DNA of 64,000 bases from Selaginella moellendorffii (Eukaryota > Plantae > Lycopodiophyta). Position numbers and translations under genes: made by a program. Under the pieces are notes generated by a model, which saw only the letters and a program-made list of their open reading frames with translations, ran no database searches and was not told the origin of the DNA. Positions 52,755-64,000 of the stretch are shown one piece after another (within the stretch, counting starts at the first letter, position 1; each line of letters starts with the position of its first letter). Where the stretch lies: NCBI RefSeq assembly GCF_000143415.4, contig NW_003314275.1, forward strand, positions 1,059,955 to 1,123,954. The letters run 5' to 3'.

Positions 52755-55700
52755 ATGGCCGCTCTCAAATTGGAAAATGTGGGGAAGAAAGCTGCTTGGG
52801 TGTATCCGGAAGTCCAAGGTGCAAATCCTCCCGAGAGATGGGGACACTCAGCTTGCTTCTCTCAAGGAATGCTCTACGTTTTCGGGGTAAGTCACAGTTT
52901 TCTCTTCGTTTTTTTTTCTTTCGTTGCTGAATTCGAGTTCTCACTGCTCACTTCTCGCTCATCCAAAAAGAACTCGTTTTTTTATCCATCCAGCTCAAAC
53001 TCACTAGACTTGTTCCGAATTCCACCACTAGAGGAGCTGTTTTACTTTGTCCTTGCGTTCTTTTTTTCTTCCTCCAGCCGAATCAAAATTCGAAATCTCA
53101 GTGCTTGCTTGCTTGCTCATATTTCGCTCTAAAAACGCGATTTTTTTCTTCGTTTCTAACATAATTTACGTGCTTTTCTTTGACAGGGATGCCGAGGAGG
53201 CCTACATTTCAGTGACGTGATGAGCCTCGACTTGACGACCATGTCCTGGAGCTCTTTCGCTTGCACTGGCCAGCAGCCCGGCACCCGAGACAGCCACTCG
53301 GCCGTCCTCCACGGCCGCAAGATGGTCATCTTTGGCGGCACCAATGGCTCCAACAAGATCAACGACGTCCATATCCTCGACCTCGACACGCACGTCTGGT
53401 CGTGTCCCACGGTCGAAGGCCAGGCGCCTCCTCCTCGGGAAAGCCACAGCGCCACGCTCGTCGATGGCAACAGGGTGGTCATCTTTGGCGGAACTGGCGA
53501 AGGCGATGGAAACTATCTCAACGACATCCACATCCTGGAGCTGGACAGGATGCGCTGGGTTTCTCCGGCGGTGAACGGTGAGCTCCCGGTTTGTAGAGAC
53601 AGCCACACCGCGGTGGCTGTCAAGGACCAGCTTGTTGTCTACGGTGGTGACTGTGGCGATCGCTATCTCAGTGAAGTTGATGTCTTCAATCTCAAAACCT
53701 TCACGTGGTCAAAGGTAATGCGCTTGTTTTGCTCGTCGACAATGACGGAAAAATCGTTTTTTTTTTTTTTTTTGATTTTTGGCTCAGATAGATACTGCTG
53801 GATCTCTACAGCCGGCTGTTCGAGCAGGCCATGTAGCTGTTGCTGCAGAGAACAAGGTAGGATTCTTGTGATTTCCTTGCTTTGTTTTTGTTGCTCTTCC
53901 TTGTTCTTACGAGATGGAGGTGACAGGTTTATGTATTCGGAGGCGTTGGAGACAGAGCTTACTACAACGATGTTTGGGTTTTGGATCTTAGCTCTTGGAA
54001 GTGGTCGCAGGCTGAAGTTGCCGGACTCCAGCCGCAAGGACGTTTCTCTCACGTCGCTGTTCTGAGAGACGATGATATTGCGATTTATGGAGGGTACGTG
54101 TTTCTGTCTAGCGTTCTTTGGTCTAACCAAAGGATTGGTTTTTTATATGTAGATGTGGTGAAGATGAGAGACCTCTAGACGAGGTTCTAGTCCTCCACCT
54201 TGGAATCGAGCAACTCAATCCTGATTTTCCCAAATGCAAGTTCATCCAGACTGTCTACGACATGGAGCGGCGAAAGCCTTCGGTGGAAGTTATCAACGAC
54301 GATGGTCTCTGCGATAGCGAGACCAAAGTCTCCAAAAAGGATCTAAACCTCGTAAGAATGGCTCTTCTCTTTCTCATTACAAACGCTGAGAGATTGTTCG
54401 TTTTTCACAGAACAAGACAACTTCTTTGCCCCCGTGCAAAGAAGATTTTCTCAACCTCTCCAGCCCGAAGGTCCAAGGAGGTGGCTTCCCATTTCCTCGG
54501 AGCCTCAACGACATGGCTGATAAATCCGGAGGAGCTTCAAGTATGAGGGCCAGAGCAAGAAAGTTGCCGTTCCAGTACATGGAGCATCTCACCAGCCTTG
54601 AAAGTAAGTAAACTTCTTCTATGTTCACAACTTTGGTTTCTTACAAACATCGGTCTCCACCAGATGGTTTTCACGCGAAGAAGCGAAAAACAACAAATCT
54701 CATGGGAAGAATGGAGGGCGGTGTCGAGTCGGAGCAAGACGAAGCATCACCGACGATGTCACAGCATCCATCTCCAACGCTGTCGGACCAAGATAAAGCT
54801 TGTCCAGCGGTGATGGCGAAGCCATCGACGAGGCCACCAGCGATCTTTCTCCAGCACCAGCAGCAGCAGCAGCAACAAGATCACCACAATCAAGCTCACA
54901 AGAATCACCACCACCAAGACCAGCAGCAACAACACACTGTAAGGTTTCCAACTTTGCAGCTCCAGCTCCATCTCCCCGGCCACCCCCAGACAATCTCTCT
55001 CCCGGTTCACGAGTCATCTCACTTGCAACAGTCGTCCCATCATCTCGCCGAGCATTTCACGCAAAAGTCCATGCAGCACCTTCAGCAGCAGCAGCAGCAA
55101 TCCAGTGACAAAGTTCCGAGAACCGCGACCGTGGGAGTGCCTAACATCGTAAGTTACCACACCCCTTTCATCAAAATCCAGTTTTTCTTCGTTTGCTTGC
55201 ATCAAAATCCACTTTTATTCGTTTGCTTGCATCAAACTCCATTTTTCTTCGTTTGCTTGCATCAAAGGCAAGTTTTTCATTGGTTTTCGCAAAGTATCAA
55301 CCAAGCCCGGTTGTTTTTTTCGTGTTTTTCTTGCAGGTGGGATCCGAAGTACGAGGAATCGTCGACGGTGCATTCGATTCTGGTTATCTTATGACTGCTC
55401 AAATCAATGGACAAGTCTTTCGTGGCGTTTTGTTCTGTCCTGTAAGTTCTTCCAAACCATTGTTCTTCGTTCTTTCTTTGTTCTCGAGTTTTTCTCACCA
55501 AGATCATCACTGTGTCACGCAGGGTCCAAGCCATGCTGCCGTCCATCGACCACCGCTCTGCAATTCCCACCCAAAGCCAAGCTCTTCCACAATCGTGATG
55601 GCGGCTCCCCAGAGCGCAAGCTCCACCCCTCCAAGCCCGGTAAGCGCCACTCTCGTCGGCTACCCCGTCCATTTCTCCAACGCAGTCGCGGTGGACTCGC

Positions 55701-56056
55701 CCAATCGGCCCAATTTCTCGGAGCCGCCCAAGAGCTTCCACCATCCTCCTCCTCCCGACACATCGCTATCAGTCCGCCCCGTCCAGATCATGGGCGGCTT
55801 CCCAGCGATCGTGGGCAATCAATCCGGGCGATGGGTGTGGCAGCCAGGATTCCCTCCCCAGCAGCAGCCGGAGAATGGATCGAATTTGAGCATCATCTCA
55901 GTCCCAGTTGCAGTCCCAGTTCCAGCAGCCTCCCCCAATGTCCCGCCCTTCCCCAGCAATCTCGTAACAAAGAACCCCGCGGCCCGCGAGCCCGATTCGT
56001 CGCAGCCGGCCGTGACGCTCAGCCTGGGCCAGTCGACGCACGCGCACAAGATCTAG
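52755..56056 (+). CDS. Kelch-repeat protein with Gln-rich region and C-terminal VRGxVDGAFDSGYL domain, multi-exon
   Basis: Repeated R.SH...V.FGG...D.W kelch motifs; GT-AG introns. Confidence 0.85.
55165..55270. repeat. Intronic 30-bp tandem repeat x3
   Basis: (tttttcttcgtttgcttgcatcaaaatcca)-like units. Confidence 0.85.
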
Positions 56057-56059
56057 GCA

Positions 56060-56142
56060 GGTCCCCTGTTTCTAGGGTTCTTGGGCAGAGTCCCCTGTTT
56101 TTAGGATTCTTGGACCAGTCCCCTGTTTTTAAGGGTTACTGG
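56060..56142. repeat. ~29-bp tandem repeat x3 just after the kelch stop codon
   Basis: gtcccctgtttytagggttcttgg units. Confidence 0.8.
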
Positions 56143-56855
56143 GTAAGGTCAAAATTAGGGCAAAGGTGGGACCCATTGGACCAGGACTGGTGGAAAGTTC
56201 CACATGTCAGAAAAACAAAATGGTAGTCAATGGCGCGCTTTGACATTTCTTTCGGCTTTGTTGACTTGGGCTTGTTTTTCCACGCTTCTCTCTCCCACGT
56301 GTCACGCCGGTATTCGCAAAGCCCCCATTTTAATGTGAGGTTTTACCCTGCGCGTGGGTTGTTGTTTGGCAGAAAATGCGGGCAGTGGAGTGAGGGTCAA
56401 GGCGCCGCGTTTACTTCGCTCTTCCTCTCCTAGGTCGGGATTGCCCCTCGCCTCGCCCCAAGATCTCTGCGCGAGAGAGGATCGCGGGACTGGCGCGCGG
56501 ATCCGCGGCTGGAGTTTGGGATTCTTGGCGATTCTTGGCGATTTCTCGGCGGTTCTTGGCGGTTCTTAGCGATCCCTGGTGGATAATCTCTCTCCGGTGA
56601 GTGATCCTTGTGATCTAGGCCGCGGTAGCTCGATATTTCGGTGTGTGCTGAGAGATCTGGAGTGTTCTCGCCTGGCGTGTGTGTTTTGGGGGATTCTTGG
56701 CGTGTTCTTGGTCTTCTCTCTCGGATGTTTCCTCGCATTCTTGGGGATTTCGAAGCGCCGGAAATTTCTATAGCTTTTGGATGCTTGTTGACATTCCTGG
56801 GTTGGAAGTCTTGGCGATTAAGTCCACTTATTAACTTAAATTCCTTGCAGAAACC

Positions 56856-57903
56856 ATGGATGTGGATGTTTTACACTATGGAGGCGGCAGCCATAGCCAT
56901 ACCAGGGATCACTATGTCCAAGTAGCGGCAAAAGCTGGCCTGGAGAACGTCCATCGATTGATCGACATTCTTTCCAGAGACAAGCCTCCGGTGTTACAGG
57001 AAGACAGCAGCCTCGCAGCGTCCTCGGCAATGTTGCAGTTCAAAAAGGTGAATTCGCTCTTGAGTCGGACTGGGCACGCTCGTTTCAGGAAAGGGCCAAC
57101 ACAACCCAACGTAATGACCACCTCGGTTTTCCTGGTGAATCACTCCTCCAAGGACGAGCAGCAGGAGAGCATTCAGAAACTCGCCAAAGAAGAGCCAGCA
57201 GCTGGGACGGAGCTCGCTCTTGGATCGATGTGCTTCAGCTCCGATAATTCCATGAGCTCCAGCCCGCCACCTTCGTCGTCCAGATCGTTCATCTCGTCCC
57301 TGAGCCTCGAGGGGAGCGTCACAAACGGCGGGCTCTTCGAGAACAGCGTCACCAATGGGACCATTTTCAAGCCGGTTCCTCCCAAGAGCAGCCATCCCGT
57401 TGAAAAATGCTCGGCCGCGAGCATTCTCGACAAGTGTCGAAGCGTTGGCAAGTGCCATTGCTTCAAGCGCACCAGGTCAGTAGCATCTCTCAAAAAGTCC
57501 ACTCTCCGTAGAAAAAAAAAATGTTTTTAGGTGGTGGCAGAGTTGACTAACGCACATCTCTTGCTCGTGCTTCCAGAAAGCTTAGAGTCAAGCGAGTGAT
57601 CAGCGTGCCTGCCGTCAGCAACAAGATCGCTGACATTCCCCAGGACGAGTACTCTTGGAGAAAATATGGTCAGAAGCCGATCAAAGGCTCTCCACATCCA
57701 AGGTAAGCGGACGAGATTCTCTCGTTTTCTCTTTTCCTTTAGTGAAGAACAAGTATAAACAAGCTTCTTGCAGGGGCTACTACAAATGCAGCAGCTTGAG
57801 AGGCTGTCCCGCGAGAAAGCACGTAGAGCGGTGCCTGGACGATCCGACAATGCTGCGTGTGACTTACGAGGGAGAGCACAGTCATGGCGTGCAACCGCGG
57901 TAG
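56856..57903 (+). CDS. Group IId WRKY transcription factor, 3 coding exons plus a probable 5'UTR intron
   Basis: CaM-binding [16 protein letters not shown], plant zinc cluster [26 protein letters not shown]...HSH. Confidence 0.95.
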
Positions 57904-58039
57904 ACTTTTGCTAATTGCTTTTTTTCGTTCTTCTCGGAAGCGAGCTTCACTTGGTTGAGTTCTCTTCTGGGATGTACATAACATACAAATCAACTTATTG
58001 GCCACAGCATTTACAGCGAAAAACTTACAACACCATTCT

Positions 58040-58720
58040 AAATGAATTAGAATCTGAGCGACGCTTCTATCAGCAGTAACTCGCGATTGGAATGCCACCA
58101 GCGGCAACTCCATCGCCATCTTCCAGATGATGCAGCATTTCTCCGGACGAGATCACATTCACGGGAATTCTCTCGTCGTGCACCGCTTGGATGACTTCGC
58201 TGCGATCTTGCAGCACTCATGGTGATGCTCACTACACCGAGATAGCAGCGGATCGAGCAGCGATGCTAGACTCAACTCTTAAGCGATGCCTCGTCAGGCA
58301 TCACACCGCAGAGAAGCGTCTCGTGGTAAAGGCCTCGAAGCCGTCAGCTTGGACCGTAGCATTCCACGAAACAATATCCCCCTTTGGAAGAGATTCGAAC
58401 ATCTCACGTGCTTTTCCATGAATCCTTGACCTGGCCATCCAGCCATGGAGCTGCACCATACATTTGGTGCTATCAGTGAGTTCCAGGCAAAGGTGCAGTT
58501 AATCCTTCATTGATTTTTAAAATAATGAACAACAAGTTCCTACTTTTGGACTAAAAATCGCAATCTGAGTGGAATCAGTGCAAAATAATCAAGTCCAAGC
58601 TTATATCTTTTAAGCTAAATCCCTAAGAGAAATTTAGATTGCAAGTATATATGACTGCCACACTTCCCGTAGAAGTCTATCAGCGCGTTGGCCACAAACG
58701 TATCACTCTCGGCACGGTGT
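58040..58720 (-). pseudogene. PPR gene remnant
   Basis: DTFVANALIDFYGKCGS and other broken PPR-like segments. Confidence 0.6.
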
Positions 58721-58759
58721 CTACGAAGAAAAAACAGAAGTCTTCCGAAAATACTGCAT

Positions 58760-60265
58760 TCGTTTCCCATATACTCCATCCTTATTATTCTTGTATTGCT
58801 GCCATGGAAACGTCTCTTTGGGAACACACGACCACAACCTGTAGCTTGATCTCTTCAACACAGCATCCACCATTTCTAAGCCACTCGCTTTAAAGACTTT
58901 AAAGCCGTGTTTTCCATCCAGTCTCGAAAAGATCTGAATCAAAAATGTCTTCATCCATACCAGAATCAATGCTTGGAAAGACTTCAGAAGTTGGGTTCAC
59001 GTACTTGCCCATACCCATCTTTGCTCACCAGCAGAACTTGCCTCTAGCATGATATGAGGTCCAATATGATGGGAAGTCTCAGCACCAGAGGTTCCGTCAC
59101 CGTAAACTTGCTTGATAATAAAATCACCACCCTTCAACTGCAGCCTATGCTCATAAAGCTTCCACCCAAGAGCAGCTGAATGTTTCTTTCAGGAATTCCA
59201 CCACACGTACAGCTCCAGCAAGCATATACTGATTCCCAAGCAAAGCCTCACTTGCAAACTGAAATTTCTTGTCGCTGTGGTCCTCAGTTGCCACGATGTG
59301 CAGAATGGTGTCGCTGACTTTTTTCACGTTGCCTCCTGACAAAATCGTAGCCGCTTTGGATGCACATGATCCAAATCAACCGCAGCTTTGGCCCTGGCCT
59401 TCCCCTCATCCAGCTTTGTTGCACGCAGTAGATACCTAGGAACTCCACCCAAATAATCGAAGTTGTCAAGCCCTTTCTCTCTGTCCACCACATTCATGCT
59501 CCCGTAACTAGCTCGGTAAGGCTCAAAGTCGTCAAGGAATTTCCCAATCTCCTCCCTGGACCACACCGGCATATAAAGCGTGCAACAAAGCCCCCCCCCC
59601 CCTCCCCCTCATCATAGTTTTTCTCCTTAGATGAGCAAACCAAAAGAACTTGACAGCTGCGAAGTAAAGGCGTCTTCTGCTTCCCATCTATCACTAGCCA
59701 CATCGACGGATCGTCCAGCATTTTGCGTATAATTGTGTCATTCACGTGATAACCACCTTCAGCACACTGCCTTCCAAAATTCAGGATGTAAACAACCTCG
59801 CCAACCTTGTATAACACCTTTTCATGCCCCATTTAGCCCAGCCTAACCAAGCAGGTGCCAAGCAGATGGCCGTGAATTCAATTACAACCACAAGCCAGAC
59901 ACAAGCACCCAAGACCAAATCCAACAGCGACACTATCAGAAGCAAGACCTTGCTGATTTCATGGCGCACTAAAACAAAGGGCTTTCGCAATTGCTTACCA
60001 GATCCGGCGACTGCAACATAGGAAACGTGTAAGAATATTTTGAAACGGACAACTGCAGAGCACAGGCTTACCAGTCAGGAAATTTTTCACCAGGAGCGCA
60101 ACAATGGCCATTCGACCAGGTAGAACTTTTTCCATATCCTGCTCCGCGGCCTCAAAAGACTCTGTATCAGTAAACCCATTCTCGGCGAGCTTTGCCAGGT
60201 CGGCATCAGTGAACTTGGAGAACTCTCTCTCAGAAAGCTTGTTACGCAGCTCCTCCAACGGCCAT
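58760..60265 (-). pseudogene. Crinkler/RHS-type (CR) gene remnant: SAM-like header, NTPase-like core, REase-like C-terminus
   Basis: WLVIDG, LLVCS, YMPVWSREEI, GGVPRYLL, FASE, HRLQLKGGDF, YVNPTSEVFPSIDS, FLIQI...H; several frameshifts and stops. Confidence 0.65.
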
Positions 60266-60858
60266 TGATTGAACGTTTTTAACCTGGGACGTACAGTGGC
60301 TCCCTAACCTAAGTTAATGTTCACAATACTTAACTTATCAAGACTTTTTTTTAAAGGCCTGAACAGTTTTAAATTAGTCAAGGTACAAATTATTTAAGCT
60401 ATTTGTAAATAAGTCATGCTAGATCAACAAATATAGAGACATTGTAGTCCATAAGTTTACTATGGAATATAAGAAATCAATAATCAATGGCTCATGAGAT
60501 CATCAAAACAATCTGTTAGTCTTATGCTTGTTGGTGGGCACTATGAAACCTTGTAAATAGTTAATGAATGAATAATACTCTAAAATGTAAATATCTTAAT
60601 ACTCTAAACTTATGGATGAGCAGCACATGCTCATTCATTAAATTGACAAGTTCGAGGTTTTATTTGCCTAGCTAGTAAAACAATAACATTATGCTCAATG
60701 TTGACCAATTGGGGGTGGGTAAATCACCATAGACCATATCGAATGACCCACCCCCAATCAGATAATTGCAATGACCCACCTGCAATTGTAGGGATTTTCA
60801 AAATTAAAATATATATTTACAATTTTGATTATATTTTAATCATCTTGTGAGGTCCAAT

Positions 60859-63710
60859 TGTATAGCTACAATGTTGTATACTAATATTACCATAGTAAAA
60901 TCTTGATGACTATCAAATTGATTTCAATTCAGACCACTCACTCTTATATATAAACTAAGGTTTTTGGGTTAATTTATATACATATTTTTGTATTCCATTT
61001 TCTTGAGGAGGGACTTGGATTTGGGATTTTGGTTTAAACTTAGCTTTTACATTGTCTAGATGTCCCTTTCTTTATAGTTTTTTCAATTTCTTTTCTTTTT
61101 TTTTTCCTTTTCATTTATCTTTCTGGCAAAGCAACAATATCCCCCTTATTTGATTCTAGAGTAGCAATTGGTGCATTTGCTTAATGTTATATAGTTGCAA
61201 TTGAACAATTAAATTCAATTGATGGTAACATTCACGGCCTGTGATATAGCTCCTCCTACTCTTGTTTTCAATCCTTGTGTCCGGTTGGAGTTTTTCATAG
61301 AAGTTTTAGGGATGATGCTGCAATAGTACAATAGTTTGAGTGCAACCATTTGTAAGGACTGGAGCATTCTCCCGGACGTCTTTAAATGCATATTTAGATA
61401 TGTTGACGATTATGATAATGCCTTCCAACAATTGCATTGTCTTTGTCAAGGGCCATTTGAGTCTGTGATATAATTTGGTGTTCGTTTCCAAAACCTCTTG
61501 CTTTGTACAGAGTTAAATATGTCATAGTGGATCAGTATGGGAATGTTGTGGCCAACACTTCATCAAGATCTTGTAAAATTTATGCATGCATTTAATCTAG
61601 CCACCTTTGACGATGCTTAGCATAACATTATAAAATGTCACCTCTTCCACTTCTTGTTACACATCCTTTAACTCCTCTTCTTGTAGGAGATGTGTGAAAT
61701 AAAGCACCAAAGTGGAGCTAAAAGTGTGCCACATAGTAATGGTCAAAATAGAAGTCCAATGAGCATAACACACTTGGACCAAAAGCTCTAACTCTGAAAG
61801 TCAAGAGCAAGAGTGGAACTCCAAACGAAGTATTCGAGGAATGAACACAAAATGATTGATAAATAAGTCTTTAAGAAGGATTAACATATGGCAAGTGTCA
61901 TAACACATAAAAGTGTCGAGACAGAGTCTGACATAGAGTTCGAGATGAAGTCCAAGATAGAGTCTGGGGTAACTTGGTGAAGTATTCAAGAGCTAGCTCT
62001 AATTCCCCTGAGAGATCAAATGGTCGATGTTTCTAATCTATGGAGGGGTGGCACTACTTACTTGGATACCTAGCGTGGCTCAACCGAACCTTATTTTAGC
62101 TACATGGCTAGGGCATCTAAGGGCAGAAGGTGGGGAGAGTACTTATAAAGCTTGCATAGGGCCATAGTATTTTGAAATATCATCCCAAAGTTTCAGACTG
62201 TGAAAAGGAAAATGATTAGTCTTTTTATGTAGTGACCAAAGGCATGGTCACGTGGTGAGAAAGTCCCAAAGGTTAGTGGGACTTAGTGGTCGGACCTTCA
62301 AGCCTTGACTCAATGGCGGTGTTAGTGAGCACTGCCATGAATGAATGGGATTTAGTGGGGGACCGAATAAGGGATATTGAAGAACAATATTCCCTATGTC
62401 TCTAAACATCCTAAAGGTGCTAATGTGTGCTCAAAGGATGACCATTCATAAATAGATGGCCTAATCTATAGGAGATAGTTTGTGTCTGTAGTATGGGTGG
62501 TCTTGGACTAGCGTAACAAATTGATATATCAATGGTACCTTTAAATGTCTATGTTGGTATTGAACATGTGAAGCACTTGGACCAAGTGCAAAGACTGAGT
62601 GGCATAAATGCCATTCACAAGGCTAATGTGTCCCCAAGTTAAAAATAGAATTTATGAAGGTTGTGAGTGAGACCACTTTAATTTGTTAAAGGTGTGGTTA
62701 AGTGGCTAAAGTAGAATGGAAAATATAATCACTTACAAGATAGTCATGTTTCAATGGAGGTTAATGATGTTGCTGCCCGAGTTCAAAGACAATAGTGAGG
62801 ATATAGTCATGGTTGTGATGTCCGCTATTGGGAGTGTAATGAAGTTGGTCACACTTATCAACATTGTCGGCATTTTTCAGATTGGTGACTTCCATTTCTT
62901 AGGTAGAGACCTTGGCGTCAATAACGTCCTTTTTGTGTTGCTGTAATAGAAGGTCTGAACATCGAGATGCTTCCGGGAAATGAGGAGTCGCAGTTGTAGC
63001 AGAGAGTCCTTGTGTAAATAAGTTAGTGACCCTCCATTTTTCTTTCAAGAGTATCATTAAGGGTTCACTTGGCACCAATTCATTTAGTGTTTACTTTCCA
63101 AACTCAGTTTTATAATAAGAAGTATTCTATTATTCTTTCTATGTTAGTTGATACAAACTCAAGTTTATCTTCTATTGCTTAACTTGTTGCCACATGTTGC
63201 TATCTACATTTGAGTTATGCAGCAAAGCTAGTTTTCATTCTTTATAACAATAGTCATACACACATATGTGCACGGGATGAAGTGGACCTAATTGTGTGTG
63301 TGGGTGATCTCTAGCTTGAGTTGCAATCATTATGAGTGATGCCAAGTTAAGCTTTTGACTTCATCCTTAGTATAAATTGGTTGCAACGCAATCATGCCAA
63401 GTATGACTTTGAAATTTCTCCCTTTTATCTCATATTTCTTTATATTTCTTCCATTTTTCTCATTTTTATTCCTCTTCATCTCTTTGCTTTTACCTTTATT
63501 TCCATCATTTTTATTTCTTTATTACTTCCTCCTATATTTACATTTTTTTCCTCTATTCCCTCTTTTGATCCCTCCAATGGTTTTTATGTTGCAGTAGTTG
63601 ATTGGCTCATGAAAGAGTATGTCGATCTCTTTGAATTTGATTTATCTTCTGGGGCCAAGATTGCAATATATCATCCTATTCCAACTAGAGATGCTTGTCA
63701 AATCAAGGAA
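60859..63710 (+). mobile_element. Second, older family-B Gypsy copy (LTR, gag, protease), truncated
   Basis: Colinear with 18408-20440; many C>T/G>A changes. Confidence 0.85.
61693..62737 (+). mobile_element. Internally deleted family-A solo LTR inserted in family-B gag; TSD AGATG/AGATA
   Basis: TGTGAAAT...CACTTACA; removing it restores colinearity with 19450-19500. Confidence 0.8.
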
Positions 63711-63744
63711 ACGAAAGCTATTTAAGAATATGTGAATGCATTCA

Positions 63745-64000
63745 TGTAACGCATGTGATCATGGGATGAAATTTGGATATACTGTCATCGTGGATCTTTG
63801 GAACCTTGGGGGATAAATGGGGATAAAATAGCCACTAAGGGCTCTCTCATTAAGCAATTGCCCCTTTTCTAGTTGGCTTAAGGGGAGAGAGGGTGAGTGT
63901 AACACATGTGATCATGGGATGAAATTTAGATATACTGTCACCGTGGATCTTTAGAACCTTAGGGGATAAAATAGTTACTAAGGGCTCTCTCATGGCTTAC
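63745..64000 (+). repeat. ~153-bp tandem unit, retroelement-like (purine tract then TGTAAC), related to 14355-14500
   Basis: tgtaac.catgtgatcatgggatgaaattt at 63745 and 63898. Confidence 0.6.

Overview
Eukaryotic land-plant genomic DNA. Very short introns (~45-90 nt), tiny intergenic spacers and many PLS-type PPR remnants suggest a compact lycophyte genome such as Selaginella (inference). (1) 1-25 kb and 60.8-64 kb: nested LTR-retrotransposon debris. Family A has ~1.5-kb LTRs carrying an 11/12-bp minisatellite and a tRNA-iMet PBS, with no recognisable gag/pol; it also occurs as solo LTRs, some with TSDs. Family B is a Ty3/Gypsy element with ~160-bp LTRs, a tRNA-Ala-type PBS and a decayed gag-pol. 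(2) 25.6-42.3 kb: a tandemly amplified module. It contains a PPR remnant, an uncharacterised spliced 95-119 aa gene that the ORF track misses (3 copies), an RD19-like papain cysteine protease (1 intact, 3 decayed), and in two copies a CYP77-like P450 head-to-head with a TPR gene; a Harbinger transposase fragment sits at the duplication junction. (3) 41-58 kb: dense ordinary genes (TPR, membrane-anchored coiled-coil protein, AP-5 zeta, COP10, kelch protein, group IId WRKY). (4) 58.7-60.3 kb: a decayed Crinkler/RHS-type (SAM-like header + NTPase-like + REase-like) gene. The best novelty candidate is the small microexon-built gene that always lies directly downstream of the papain protease. It could be a divergent cystatin-like inhibitor, or a peptide precursor processed by the protease and P450; neither idea can be confirmed from sequence alone.
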